DNA of 64,000 nucleotides from Eledone cirrhosa (GCA_964016885.1 OZ024745.1:48608001-48672000), one strand, 5' to 3'. Shown: positions 12,338-26,849, numbered from the stretch's first letter. Notes: a model not told the origin generated them from the sequence alone. Made by a program: numbers and translations.

Positions 12338-15300
12338 TAGTAATGCTTACAGTTCATATTAGTAATGCTTATAGTTCATATTAGTAATGCTTATAGTTCA
12401 TATTAGTAATTGTTTCTACTTTAGGCACAAGGCCAGCAATTACCAGTGCATTACTGGTACTTTATTTTATCGACCCCGTAAGGATGAAAGGCAAAGTCAA
12501 CCTCGGCGGGATTTGAACTCAGATGGTAAAGGGACGTAACTATGCTGGAAAGCATGGCGTCCGACCCTCTACCGATACTGCCAATCCACCGCCCTTAGTT
12601 CATATTAGTAATGCTTATAGTTCATATTAGTAATGCTTATAGTTCATATTAGTAATGCTTATAGTTCATATTAGTAATGCTTATAGTTCATATTAGTAAT
12701 GCTTATAGTTCATGGTAGTAATGCTTATAGTTCATATTAGTAATGCTTATAGTTCATATTAGTAATGCTTATAGTTCATATTAGTAATGCTTATAGTTCA
12801 TATTAGTAATGCTTATAGTTCATATTAGTAATGCTTATAGTTCATATTAGTAATGCTTATAGTTCATATTAGTAATGCTTTTAGTTCATGGTAGTAATGC
12901 TTATAGTTCATATTAGTAATGCTTATAGTTCATATTAGTAATGCTTTTAGTTCATGGTAGTAATGCTTATAGTTCATATTAGTAATGCTTATAGTTCATA
13001 TTAGTAATGCTTTTAGTTCATGGTAGTAATGCTTATAGTTCATATTAGTAATGCTTATAGTTCATATTAGTAATGCTTTTAGTTCATGGTAGTAATGCTT
13101 ATAGTTCATATTAGTAATGCTTATAGTTCATATTAGTAATGCTTTTAGTTCATGGTAGTAATGCTTATAGTTCATATTAGTAATGCTTATAGTTCATGGT
13201 AGTAATGCTTATAGTTCATATTAGTAATGCTTATAGTTCATGGTAGTAATGCTTATAGTTCATGGTAGTAATGCTTATAGTTCATATTAGTAATGCTTAT
13301 AGTTCATATTAATAATGCTTATAGTTCATGGTAGTAATGCTTATAGTTCATGGTAGTAATGCTTATAGTTCATGGTAGTAATGCTTATAGTTCATGGTAG
13401 TAATGCTTATAGTTCATGGTAGTAATGCTTATAGTTCATATTAGTAATGCTTTTAGTTCATATTAGTAATGCTTATAGTTCATGGTAGTAATGCTTATAG
13501 TTCATGGTTGTAATGCTTATAGTTCATATTAGTAATGCTTTTAGTTCATATTAGTAATGCTTATAGTTCATGGTAGTAATGATTATAGTTCATGGTAGTA
13601 ATGCTTATAGTTCATGGTAGTAATGCTTTTAGTTCATGATAGTAATGCTTATAGTTCATATTAGTAATGCTTATAGTTCATGGTAGTAATGCTTATAGTT
13701 CATGGTAGTAATGCTTATAGTTCATGGTAGTAATGCTTATAGTTCATGGTAGTAATGTTTATAGTTCATATTAGTAATGCTTATAGTTCATATTAGTAAT
13801 GCTTTTAGTTCATGGTAGTAATGCTTTTAGTTCATGGTAGTAATGCTTATAGTTCATGGTAGTAATGCTTATAGTTCATGGTAGTAATGCGTATAGTTCA
13901 TATTAGTAATGCTTATAGTTCATGGTAGTAATACTTATAGTTCATGGTAGTAATGCTTACAGTTCATGGTAGTAATACTTATAGTTCATGGTAGTAATGC
14001 TCATAGTTCATGGTAGTAATGCTTTTAGTTCATATTAGTAATGCTTATAGTTCATATTAGTAATGCTTATAGTTCATATTAGTAATGCTTATAGTTCATA
14101 TTAGTAATGATTATAGTTCATGGTAGTAATGCTTTTAGTTCATATTAGTAATGCTTATAGTTCATATTAGTAATGCTTATAGTTCATGGTAGTAATGCTT
14201 ATAGTTCATATTAGTAATGCTTTTAGTTCATATTAGTAATGCTTTTAGTTCATATTATAATGCTTATAGTTCATATTAGTAATGCTTATAGTTCATGGTA
14301 GTAATGCTTATAGTTCATATTAGTAATGCTTATAGTTCATGGTAGTAATGCTTTTAGTTCATATTAGTAATGCTTTAGTTCATATTAGTAATGCTTATAG
14401 TTCATGGTAGTAATGCTTATAGTTCATGGTAGTAATGCTTATAGTTCATGGTAGTAATGCTTATAGTTCATATTAGTAATGCTTTTAGTTCATATTAGTA
14501 ATGCTTATAGTTCATGGTAGTAATGCTTATAGTTCATATTAGTAATGCTTATTGTTCATGGTAGTAATGCTTATAGTTCATATTAGTAATGCTTATAGTT
14601 CATGGTAGTAATGCTTATAGTTCATATTAGTAATGCTTATAGTTCATGGTAGTAATGCTTATAGTTCATATTAATAATGCTTATAGTTCATGGTAGTAAT
14701 GCTTATAGTTCATATTAGTAATGCTTATAGTTCATGTTAGTAATACTTATAGTTCATGGTAGTAATGCTTATAGTTCATGGTAGTAATGCGTATAGTTCA
14801 TATTAGTAATGCTTATAGTTCATGGTAGTAATACTTATAGTTCATGGTAGTAATGCTTATAGTTCATGGTAGTAATACTTATAGTTCATGGTAGTAATGC
14901 TCATAGTTCATGGTAGTAATGCTTTTAGTTCATATTAGTAATGCTTATAGTTCATATTAGTAATGCTTATAGTTCATATTAGTAATGCTTATAGTTCATA
15001 TTAGTAATGCTTATAGTTCATGGTAGTAATGCTTTTAGTTCATATTAGTAATGCTTATAGTTCATATTAGTAATGCTTATAGTTCATGGTAGTAATGCTT
15101 ATAGTTCATATTAGTAATGCTTTTAGTTCATATTAGTAATGCTTTTAGTTCATATTATAATGCTTATAGTTCATATTAGTAATGCTTATAGTTCATGGTA
15201 GTAATGCTTATAGTTCATATTAGTAATGCTTATAGTTCATGGTAGTAATGCTTTTAGTTCATATTAGTAATGCTTTAGTTCATATTAGTAATGCTTATAG

Positions 15301-18300
15301 TTCATGGTAGTAATGCTTATAGTTCATGGTAGTAATGCTTATAGTTCATGGTAGTAATGCTTATAGTTCATATTAGTAATGCTTATAGTTCATATTAGTA
15401 ATGCTTATAGTTCATATTAGTAATGCTTATAGTTCATATTAGTAATGCTTATAGTTCATATTAGTAATGCTTATAGTTTATATTAGTAATGCTTATAGTT
15501 CATATTAGTAATACTTATAGTTCATATTAGTAATGCTTATAGTTTATATTAGTAATGCTTATAGTTCATGGTAGTAATGCTTTTAGTTCATGGTAGTAAT
15601 GCTTATAGTTCATATTAGTAATGCTTATAGTTCATGGTATTAATGCTTTTAGTTCATATTAGTAATGCTTATAGTTCATATTAGTAATGCTTATAGTTCA
15701 TATTAGTAATGCTTAGAGTTCATGGTAGTAATGCTTATAGTTCATATTATAATGCTTATAGTTCATATTAGTAATGCTTATAGTTCATGGTAGTAATGCT
15801 TATAGTTCATGGTAGTAATGCTTATAGTTCATATTAGTAATGCTTATAGTTCATATTAGTAATGCTTATAGTTCATATTAGTAATGCTTTTAGTTCATGG
15901 TAGTAATGCTTATAGTTCATATTAGTAATGCTTTTAGTTCATGGTAGTAATGCTTATAGTTCATGGTAGTAATGCTTATAGTTCATATTAGTAATGCTTT
16001 TAGTTCATGGTAGTAATGCTTATAGTTCATGGTAGTAATGCTTATAGTTCATATTAGTAATGCTTTTAGTTCATGGTAGTAATGCTTATAGTTCATGGTA
16101 GTAATGCTTATAGTTCATATTAGTAATGCTTATAGTTCATATTAGTAATGCTTATAGTTCATGGTAGTAATGCTTATAGTTCATATTAGTAATGCTTATA
16201 GTTCATATTAGTAATGCTTTTAGTTCATGGTAGTAATGCTTTTAGTTCATATTAGTAATGCTTTTAGTTCATGGTAGTAATGCCAATAGTTCATGGTAGT
16301 AATGCTTATAGTTCATATTAGTAATGCTTTTAGTTCATGGTAGTAATGCTTATAGTTCATGGTAGTAATGCTTATAGTTCATATTAGTAATGCTTATAGT
16401 TCATATTAGTAATGCTTATAGTTCATGGTAGTAATGCTTATAGTTCATATTAGTAATGTTTATAGTTCATATTAGTGATGCTTATAGTTCATGGTAGTAA
16501 TACTTATAGTTCATATTAGTAATGCTTATAGTTCATATTAGTAATGCTTTTAGTTCATGGTAGTAATGCTTATAGTTCATATTAGTAATGCTTATAGTTC
16601 ATGGTAATAATGCTTATAGTTCATATTAGTAATGCTTATAGTTCATATTAGTAATGCTTATAGTTCATGGTAGTAATGCTTATAGTTCATGGTAGTAATG
16701 CTTATAGTTCATGGTAATAATGCTTATAGTTCATATTAGTAATGCTTATAGTTCATATTAGTGATGCTTATAGTTCATGGTAGTAATGCTTATAGTTCAT
16801 ATTAGTAATGCTTATAGTTCATATTAATAATGCTTATAGTTCATGGTAGCAATGCTTATAGTTCATGGTAGTAATGCTTATAGTTCATGGTAGTAATGCT
16901 TATAGTTCATGGTAGTAATGCTTATAGTTCATATTAGTAATGCTTTTAGTTCATATTAGTAATGCTTATAGTTCATGGTAGTAATGCTTATAGTTCATGG
17001 TAGTAATGCTTATAGTTCATATTAGTAATGCTTTTAGTTCATATTAGTAATGCTTATAGTTCATGGTAGTAATGCTTATAGTTCATGGTAGTAATGCTTA
17101 TAGTTCATATTAGTAATGCTTATAGTTCATGGTAGTAATGCTTTTAGTTCATGATAGTAATGCTTATAGTTCATATTAGTAATGCTTATAGTTCATGGTA
17201 GTAATGCTTATAGTTCATGGTAGTAATGCTTATAGTTCATGGTAGTAATGTTTATAGTTCATATTAGTAATGCTTATAGTTCATATTAGTAATGCTTTTA
17301 GTTCATGGTAGTAATGCTTTTAGTTCATGGTAGTAATGCTTATAGTTCATGGTAGTAATGCTTATAGTTCATATTAGTAATGCTTATAGTTCATGGTAGT
17401 AATGCTTATAGTTCATATTAGTAATGCTTATAGTTCATGGTAGTAATGCTTATAGTTCATATTAATAATGCTTATAGTTCATGGTAGTAATGCTTATAGT
17501 TCATATTAGTAATGCTTATAGTTCATGTTAGTAATACTTATAGTTCATGGTAGTAATGCTTATAGTTCATGGTAGTAATGCGTATAGTTCATATTAGTAA
17601 TGCTTATAGTTCATGGTAGTAATACTTATAGTTCATGGTAGTAATGCTTATAGTTCATGGTAGTAATACTTATAGTTCATGGTAGTAATGCTCATAGTTC
17701 ATGGTAGTAATGCTTTTAGTTCATATTAGTAATGCTTATAGTTCATATTAGTAATGCTTATAGTTCATATTAGTAATGCTTATAGTTCATATTAGTAATG
17801 CTTATAGTTCATGGTAGTAATGCTTTTAGTTCATATTAGTAATGCTTATAGTTCATATTAGTAATGCTTATAGTTCATGGTAGTAATGCTTATAGTTCAT
17901 ATTAGTAATGCTTTTAGTTCATATTAGTAATGCTTTTAGTTCATATTATAATGCTTATAGTTCATATTAGTAATGCTTATAGTTCATGGTAGTAATGCTT
18001 ATAGTTCATATTAGTAATGCTTATAGTTCATGGTAGTAATGCTTTTAGTTCATATTAGTAATGCTTTAGTTCATATTAGTAATGCTTATAGTTCATGGTA
18101 GTAATGCTTATAGTTCATGGTAGTAATGCTTATAGTTCATGGTAGTAATGCTTATAGTTCATATTAGTAATGCTTATAGTTCATATTAGTAATGCTTATA
18201 GTTCATATTAGTAATGCTTATAGTTCATATTAGTAATGCTTATAGTTCATATTAGTAATGCTTATAGTTTATATTAGTAATGCTTATAGTTCATATTAGT

Positions 18301-21300
18301 AATACTTATAGTTCATATTAGTAATGCTTATAGTTTATATTAGTAATGCTTATAGTTCATGGTAGTAATGCTTTTAGTTCATGGTAGTAATGCTTATAGT
18401 TCATATTAGTAATGCTTATAGTTCATGGTATTAATGCTTTTAGTTCATATTAGTAATGCTTATAGTTCATATTAGTAATGCTTATAGTTCATATTAGTAA
18501 TGCTTAGAGTTCATGGTAGTAATGCTTATAGTTCATATTATAATGCTTATAGTTCATATTAGTAATGCTTATAGTTCATGGTAGTAATGCTTATAGTTCA
18601 TGGTAGTAATGCTTATAGTTCATATTAGTAATGCTTATAGTTCATATTAGTAATGCTTATAGTTCATATTAGTAATGCTTTTAGTTCATGGTAGTAATGC
18701 TTATAGTTCATATTAGTAATGCTTTTAGTTCATGGTAGTAATGCTTATAGTTCATGGTAGTAATGCTTATAGTTCATATTAGTAATGCTTTTAGTTCATG
18801 GTAGTAATGCTTATAGTTCATGGTAGTAATGCTTATAGTTCATATTAGTAATGCTTTTAGTTCATGGTAGTAATGCTTATAGTTCATGGTAGTAATGCTT
18901 ATAGTTCATATTAGTAATGCTTATAGTTCATATTAGTAATGCTTATAGTTCATGGTAGTAATGCTTATAGTTCATATTAGTAATGCTTATAGTTCATATT
19001 AGTAATGCTTTTAGTTCATGGTAGTAATGCTTTTAGTTCATATTAGTAATGCTTTTAGTTCATGGTAGTAATGCCAATAGTTCATGGTAGTAATGCTTAT
19101 AGTTCATATTAGTAATGCTTTTAGTTCATGGTAGTAATGCTTATAGTTCATGGTAGTAATGCTTATAGTTCATATTAGTAATGCTTATAGTTCATATTAG
19201 TAATGCTTATAGTTCATGGTAGTAATGCTTATAGTTCATATTAGTAATGTTTATAGTTCATATTAGTGATGCTTATAGTTCATGGTAGTAATACTTATAG
19301 TTCATATTAGTAATGCTTATAGTTCATATTAGTAATGCTTTTAGTTCATGGTAGTAATGCTTATAGTTCATATTAGTAATGCTTATAGTTCATGGTAATA
19401 ATGCTTATAGTTCATGGTAGTAATGCTTATAGTTCATATTAGTAATGCTTATAGTTCATATTAATAATGCTTATAGTTCATGGTAGTAATGCTTATAGTT
19501 CATGGTAGTAATGCTTATAGTTCATGGTAGTAATGCTTATAGTTCATGGTAGTAATGCTTATAGTTCATATTAGTAATGCTTTTAGTTCATATTAGTAAT
19601 GCTTATAGTTCATGGTAGTAATGCTTATAGTTCATGGTAGTAATGCTTATAGTTCATATTAGTAATGCTTTTAGTTCATATTAGTAATGCTTATAGTTCA
19701 TGGTAGTAATGCTTATAGTTCATGGTAGTAATGCTTATAGTTCATGGTAGTAATGCTTTTAGTTCATGATAGTAATGCTTATAGTTCATATTAGTAATGC
19801 TTATAGTTCATGGTAGTAATGCTTATAGTTCATGGTAGTAATGCTTATAGTTCATGGTAGTAATGTTTATAGTTCATATTAGTAATGCTTATAGTTCATA
19901 TTAGTAATGCTTTTAGTTCATGGTAGTAATGCTTTTAGTTCATGGTAGTAATGCTTATAGTTCATGGTAGTAATGCTTATAGTTCATATTAGTAATGCTT
20001 ATAGTTCATGGTAGTAATGCTTTTAGTTCATAGTAGTAATGCTTTTAGTTCATATTAGTAATGCTTTTAGTTCATATTAGTAATGCTTATAGTTCATGGT
20101 AGTAATGCTTATAGTTCATATTAGTAATGCTTTTAGTTCATATTAGTAATGCTTATAGTTCATATTAGTAATGCTTATAGTTCATATTAGTAATGCTTAT
20201 AGTTCATGGTAGTAATGCTTATAGTTCATATTAGTAATGCTTATAGTTCATGGTAGTAATGCTTATAGTTCATATTAGTAATACTTATAGTTCATGGTAG
20301 TAATACTTATAGTTCATGTTAGTAATGCTTTTAGTTCATATTAGTAATGCTTATAGTTCATGGTAGTAATGCTTATAGTTCATATTAGTAATGCTTATAG
20401 TTCATGGTAGTAATACTTATAGTTCATGTTAGTAATGCTTTTAGTTCATATTAGTAATGCTTATAGTTCATATTAGTGATGCTTATAGTTCATGGTAGTA
20501 ATACTTATAGTTCATGGTAGTAATGCTTATAGTTCATGGTAGTAATACTTATAGTTCATATTAGTAATGCTTATAGTTCATATTAGTAATGCTTATAGTT
20601 CATGGTAGTAATGCTTATAGTTCATATTAGTAATGCTTTTAGTTCATATTAGTAATGCTTATAGTTCATATTAGTAATGCTTATAGTTCATATTAGTAAT
20701 GCTTATAGTTCATGGTAGTAATGCTTATAGTTCATATTAGTAATGCGTATAGTTCATGGTAGTAATGCTTATAGTTCATATTAGTAATGCTTTTAGTTCA
20801 TATTAGTAATGCTTATAGTTCATGGTAATAATGCTTATAGTTCATGGTAGTAATGCTTATAGTTCATATTAGTAATGCTTATAGTTCATGGTAGTAATGC
20901 TTATAGTTCATATTAGTAATGCTTATAGTTCATGGTAGTAATGCTTATAGTTCATATTAATAATGCTTATAGTTCATGGTAGTAATGCTTATAGTTCATA
21001 TTAGTAATGCTTATAGTTCATGTTAGTAATACTTATAGTTCATGGTAGTAATGCTTATAGTTCATGGTAGTAATACTTATAGTTCATGGTAGTAATGCTT
21101 ATAGTTCATGGTAGTAATACTTATAGTTCATGGTAGTAATGCTCATAGTTCATGGTAGTAATGCTTTTAGTTCATATTAGTAATGCTTATAGTTCATATT
21201 AGTAATGCTTATAGTTCATGGTAGTAATGCTTATAGTTCATATTAGTAATGCTTTTAGTTCATATTAGTAATGCTTTTAGTTCATATTATAATGCTTATA

Positions 21301-22881
21301 GTTCATATTAGTAATGCTTATAGTTCATGGTAGTAATGCTTATAGTTCATATTAGTAATGCTTTTAGTTCATATTAGTAATGCTTTTAGTTCATATTATA
21401 ATGCTTATAGTTCATATTAGTAATGCTTATAGTTCATGGTAGTAATGCTTATAGTTCATATTAGTAATGCTTATAGTTCATGGTAGTAATGCTTTTAGTT
21501 CATATTAGTAATGCTTTAGTTCATATTAGTAATGCTTATAGTTCATGGTAGTAATGCTTATAGTTCATGGTAGTAATGCTTATAGTTCATGGTAGTAATG
21601 CTTATAGTTCATATTAGTAATGCTTATAGTTCATATTAGTAATGCTTATAGTTCATATTAGTAATGCTTATAGTTCATATTAGTAATGCTTATAGTTCAT
21701 ATTAGTAATGCTTATAGTTCATATTAGTAATGCTTTTAGTTCATATTAGTAATGCTTATAGTTCATATTAGTAATGCTTATAGTTCATGGTATTAATGCT
21801 TTTAGTTCATATTAGTAATGCTTATAGTTCATATTATAATGCTTATAGTTCATATTAGTAATGCTTATAGTTCATGGTAGTAATGCTTATAGTTCATGGT
21901 AGTAATGCTTATAGTTCATATTAGTAATGCTTATAGTTAATATTAGTAATGCTTATAGTTCATATTAGTAATGCTTATAGTTCATGGTAGTAATGCTTAT
22001 AGTTCATATTAGTAATGCTTATAGTTCATATTAGTAATGCTTATAGTTCATATTAGTAATGCTTTTAGTTCATATTAGTAATGCTTTTAGTTCATATTAG
22101 TAATGCTTATAGTTCATATTAGTAATGCTTTTAGTTCATATTAGTAATGCTTATAGTTCATATTAGTAATGCTTATAGTTCATATTAGTAATGCTTATAG
22201 TTCATGATAGTAATGCTTATAGTTCATATTAGTAATGCTTATAGTTCATGGTAGTAATGCTTATAGTTCATATTAGTAATGCTTATAGTTCATATTAGTA
22301 ATGCTTTTAGTTCATATTAGTAATGCTTATAGTTCATATTAGTAATGCTTATAGTTCATATTAGTAATGCTTATAGTTCATGGTAGTAATGCTTATAGTT
22401 CATATTAGTAATGCTTTTAGTTCATGGTAGTAATGCTTTTAGTTCATATTAGTAATGCTTATAGTTCATGATAGTAATGCTTATAGTTCATGGTAGTAAT
22501 GCTTATAGTTCATATTAGTAATGCTTTTAGTTCATATTAGTAATGCTTATAGTTCATATTAGTAATGCTTATAGTTCATGGTAGTAATGCTTATAGTTCA
22601 TGATAGTAATGCTTATAGTTCATGGTAGTAATGCTTATAGTTCATGGTAGTAATGCTTATAGTTCATATTAGTAATGCTTTTAGTTCATGGTAGTAATGC
22701 TTTTAGTTCATATTAGTAATGCTTATATTTCATATTAGTAATGCTTATAGTTCATGGTAGTAATGCTTATAGTTCATATTAGTAATGCTTATAGTTCATA
22801 TTAGTAATGCTTTTAGTTCATGGTAGTAATGCTTATAGTTCATATTAGTAATGCTTTTAGTTCATGATAGTAATGCTTATA
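12338..22881. repeat. 22-bp minisatellite, ~10.5 kb, roughly 470 copies, interrupted by a SINE near its left edge
   Basis: Unit AGTAATGCTT(A/T)TAGTTCAT(ATT/GGT), with rare variants and a few 21-bp units. Confidence 0.98.
12408..12595 (-). mobile_element. tRNA-derived SINE, full length, inserted in the minisatellite
   Basis: Minus strand: A-box-like TGGCAGTATCGG, B-box-like GAGTTCAAATCCC, central GCCTTTCATCCTTACGGGGTCGATAAAATAAAGTACC (resembles the Meta/MESC SINE domain, from memory). Flanked by a duplication of TAGTTCATATTAGTAAT. Confidence 0.9.
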
Positions 22882-23305
22882 TAAATACCCAGCCTCAGGT
22901 ACGTCTTTAAGTTATGTTCATATCAACTGATAACAGTTATTTTGGAAGGGAATCCAATTGTAAACCATGAAGTACTTTATACTAAAATATGGAAGAATAA
23001 TTTAGAATCTCCAAGTCTAAATTGTCAATATAGCAAAAATGAAAGTACAAATTTAACCACTAACATAACAAAACACAAAATTCCAATGCCAAAACCTATC
23101 CAGGGTTGTTACTATTCCCAAACACACTACCTACTACATTCTATGTTTAATTAATCTTAATCTAATTCTGATAGGGAAGGGTTATCTTCCTTGCATTTCT
23201 TGACCAGTGTTAGTTATTAAGATAATATGGTCTGTTCCTCTTAATATGGGTGTAATTTTAATAAATTAAAATTTCTTGGTGCACAATATTATTTACTAAT
23301 TATTA

Positions 23306-23502
23306 AGGCGTTGGATTGGCAGTATTGGTAGCGGGTCGGACGCCATGCTTTGATGACACATAGAGTTACGGCCCTTACCATTCTGAGTTCAAATCCCACC
23401 GAGGTTAACTTTGCTTTTCATCCTTACGGGGTCGATAAAATAAAGTACCAGTAATGCACTGGTATAATTGCTGGCCTTGTGACAAAAGTAGAAACAATTA
23501 TT
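23306..23502 (+). mobile_element. tRNA-derived SINE with TSD
   Basis: Full family sequence; TTATTTACTAATTATT on both sides. Confidence 0.9.
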
Positions 23503-24334
23503 TACTAATTATTCTTAACAATAGTGTGAGTCAGTGGCTACAGTAGATATCCAGATAGGCAGTGGACATTAAGGCATAGAAATTGTGATTTATATAAAAT
23601 CTATTCAAGAAACAATATAAAAGTGAACTAAGAATATAGACATAATTGTTTCTACTTTATACTGTATATTATTATTCCAGCTCCCTCATGCATGAACCTG
23701 AACAGCTTTCACAAGCCATCTATATCTAGCTTCCTCGCCCCATCAGAGAACAATATATATATAGGACCTTCAGTTCACAAAATATACAACTCCCTTATCT
23801 ACTCTCTAATGACAAGCCAGAAAAAGATACCAGTAAATTCACATCAAACTAGTTAACATACACACCACCACTATAGCTGCTACCACTGCTACCCCTATCA
23901 CTGCCACCACTACACAAGAGAAAGGGAAATAGGAGAGAGAATAAAGAAGGAAAAGAGAAGGGGGAAGGGAGGAAGGAAAGATCTAGTCAACAAAGCATGA
24001 ATTTCAAGGAGCTGGTAATAGAGACATCCAAAAGAAGGCAATATTTCATTTCAAACATTCTCCATAATTTTCTATGAAGTTCTTAGGGAAAAAAATGACA
24101 CTAAAAAACTTCCATTTGATGTTATTTGCTAAGTTTGGACTTAAATGAAGCAAAAATTTTACCTTTGTCTTTTTATTTATTTATTTATTTATTTATTTAT
24201 ATTCTGTTCCAATTACACAACTCTGTTACAAGTCTCTACCAGCCACACCCATGATATAATTCAAATTGACCTGCCATATTTTAGTACCTATTATAAATAG
24301 CTCTTCTTAATGTGTCTAATGGAATATAACGAAT

Positions 24335-24604
24335 ATCATCATCATCATCATCGTCATTGTTTTTATGTCTGCTTGTTTATACTTGCATGGGTTAGATGAG
24401 TCCTCTCTAGTAGTAGATCTCTCCATTTGTTTTTTTTCTTTTGTCATCTGCCTTGAGAGACACCGTTTCTTAAGATAAGCTTTCACCATCTCATCTCTTA
24501 TTTTTCTTAGTCTTCCTCTTTCATGACCTCCTTCCACTATGACTTCTTTACTTAATGGTCATTCTCTTTACATGTCCATACCGGCATAACCTCCTCTCCT
24601 TCTT
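24335..24604 (-). mobile_element. Degraded RTE 3' fragment
   Basis: Minus strand ERRLCRYGHVKRM...GRLRK plus AACCCATGCAAG...(ATG)n tail. Confidence 0.7.
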
Positions 24605-24614
24605 GCTAGATTTA

Positions 24615-25088
24615 ATTTTCGAGGTCATAAAGCATGGCTTGGACGCTGTGAGCTTCCCTTCCCAGCTCGAGCCAGTGGGGCTGGACCGAAGGGACGGCAA
24701 AAGGCCAGATAGCATGACCATCTTCCCGTTCTGCGGTGGCAAACCCCTCGTCTGGGATGCTACTTGCACCGACACTTTCTGCAGCCGCAACCTGGTGCAG
24801 TCTGCCACTAACCCAGGTTCTGCTGCACGTCGGGCTGAGGAGGCCAAACTCCTCAAATACCGTTCACTCTCCAACAGGTTTGCAGTTGTACCCCTGGCAG
24901 TGGAGACTTCTGGTGTCCTTGGCCCCAGGGTTACCTCCTTACTCACCACCATAGGTGCTGAGCTGGCCAGCCCAGGTGTGAATCTCGCAAGTTGGAGTGG
25001 CTTTTCCAGCGCGTCTCCCTTGCCGTCCTCCATGGGAACGCCTTCTCCATCCTGTCCGCCAGGGCTGTTGGGGAGCCCCATCACATAA
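24615..25088 (+). mobile_element. CRE-like non-LTR retrotransposon fragment (restriction-like endonuclease domain)
   Basis: LEPVGLDRRDGKRPDSMTIFPFCGGKPLVWDATCTDT...AARRAEEAKLLKY...VPLAVETSGVLG: PD..D/K-KY RLE signature typical of CRE-clade elements. Confidence 0.8.
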
Positions 25089-25414
25089 CATTCCATATTT
25101 AGGTATCCAGATCAATGAATTTTATCATATATTTCGGCTGTTATACAAGCCCATGGTTAAAAACATTCCAGTCATGGCCATGCCATCAGATTTATTTCTT
25201 GACAACATTGTCCGATGTGTTTCTTTTTATTGTGATTTTAGAGAAATTTGGCTGCTATTTCATTCATCTAGTGCCCAGTTATTTTTTTTGGGGGGGGGGG
25301 GGGGGGGGGCAGACAATTATTTCTAGTCAGTTTTTCTTGTTACTTTAAATAACAAAATTTGATATTTATTTCTAACATTAAATACACATTCACCATCACC
25401 ACCAACAGTTTTGT

Positions 25415-25815
25415 TAGACATGACCTGGTGGTCTTTGACAAGGGAAAAGATCTTGCTTGATTATAGATGTAGCTTGTCTCTTTGACACAAGAGTGCAAGA
25501 AATGAAGGAGAAAATTAACCAATACCAGGATCTAAAGTGGGAACTGAAAAGGATTTGGGACTGTTATGAGATCAAGGTTGTCCCTATTGTCAGAGGAGCA
25601 CTAGTTACTGTCTCGAGGAGTTCCCAAGGCTGGTTAAAGACTATCAGCCCAGCCATCTTTATTGGAACACTTCAAAAGGCATGCCTACTGGGAACAGCAA
25701 GCACCCTCCGATACGTCCCGAATGTCTGAGGCTGCGGGTAGTGGCTTGATATTCATTTCAACAAACTTTCCAGTTAAATAACATCAATGACTGAGACTCA
25801 AAGAACAATAATAAC
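25415..25815 (+). mobile_element. R4/Dong-like non-LTR retrotransposon 3' fragment (RLE)
   Basis: DLVVFDK...IIDVAC.FD...EK..QYQDLKWELKRIW...VVPIVRGAL...LQKACLLGTA..LR followed by AAT-rich tail. Confidence 0.7.
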
Positions 25816-26849
25816 ATATGATAATGATGATGATTAGAAGCAGCATTCACAGAAGTAACCAAGTTATGCTAATTTCTGTTCCTATTTATAAAATATTTAC
25901 TATATAATATGTCTCAGTATCCCTTCAATATATTTCACATTTACCCCCAAACCAGCCCCACCAAAAAAAAAAAAAATAGAGGATACAAACAATAATCCAT
26001 AGTGCCATTGTGGCATCAGCAATCGCTGTGAAAATCAAAACAGCTGTGAAAACTCTTCAGTGTCTGACTCTAAGATAAAAAAATCTGGTAAGGATTTTTG
26101 TTATAGCCAAGAAAAAAACAAAAATAAAACAATAATATCAACAATAATAATGACAATGATGATGATAATAATAATAAGGATATGATGTTGCCATCCCACA
26201 TTAGTTTAGTAATATCATATTTCATATTTTTAGAAATGATTTATGTTGTTTTTTCCCCTCTCAGTGTTTATTGTTCTTTAATATCATTTTGAAAGCATAG
26301 TTCCTTCTGTAGATATATTTCAGATGTCAACAATAACTAGTTGAGATGTCATTGGAAAATAAAGCAGTAAAATGGTATTATTCAATTGGAACTGATAAGC
26401 TTTAACCCTTAATATTCTTTAGTCTACTAATTAACAATGTGATGTTACATAAAATAAATAACAGATTATATTATGTTTTTACAATTAAAAGATACAAAGA
26501 AAAAAAACTAGACAAACTTGGTTAGACATCATATCTTAACTATGCCCTGTAGACAAAATGGCAAGTGTTGTTATGAAGAAGAGTAAGTGATATTCACTCC
26601 ATCAGCCATTCTGCTACACAGGGTTGCTTCCTCTAGCACAATGCTCTTACCCCAGTAATGCTGTTATAAAATAACTTGATTAGCAAAAGCTATCTTGTAT
26701 AAATGTATGTTGTAATTACTGCTATATAGGGTTTGATTGAATCTTTTTAAGGTCCTGGCCTAGTGGTAAGGGTGCTGGACTTACGATTATAATGTTGTGG
26801 GGTCAATTCCTGCAAAATTCATCATAAAAACGATGATGAGGAGGATAAA

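Noticed and set aside
12338-22881. CRISPR array, telomeric repeat or coding repeat
   Set aside because: No spacers, not TTAGGG-like, and dense stop codons (TAG TAA in every unit, with the frame shifting each 22 bp).
23306-23410. tRNA gene (and similar SINE heads elsewhere)
   Set aside because: A/B-box-like motifs continue into a multicopy SINE body with TSD; no convincing cloverleaf.
24548-25096. 182-aa minus-strand protein
   Set aside because: Antisense shadow of the GC-rich CRE-like fragment joined to an RTE scrap.
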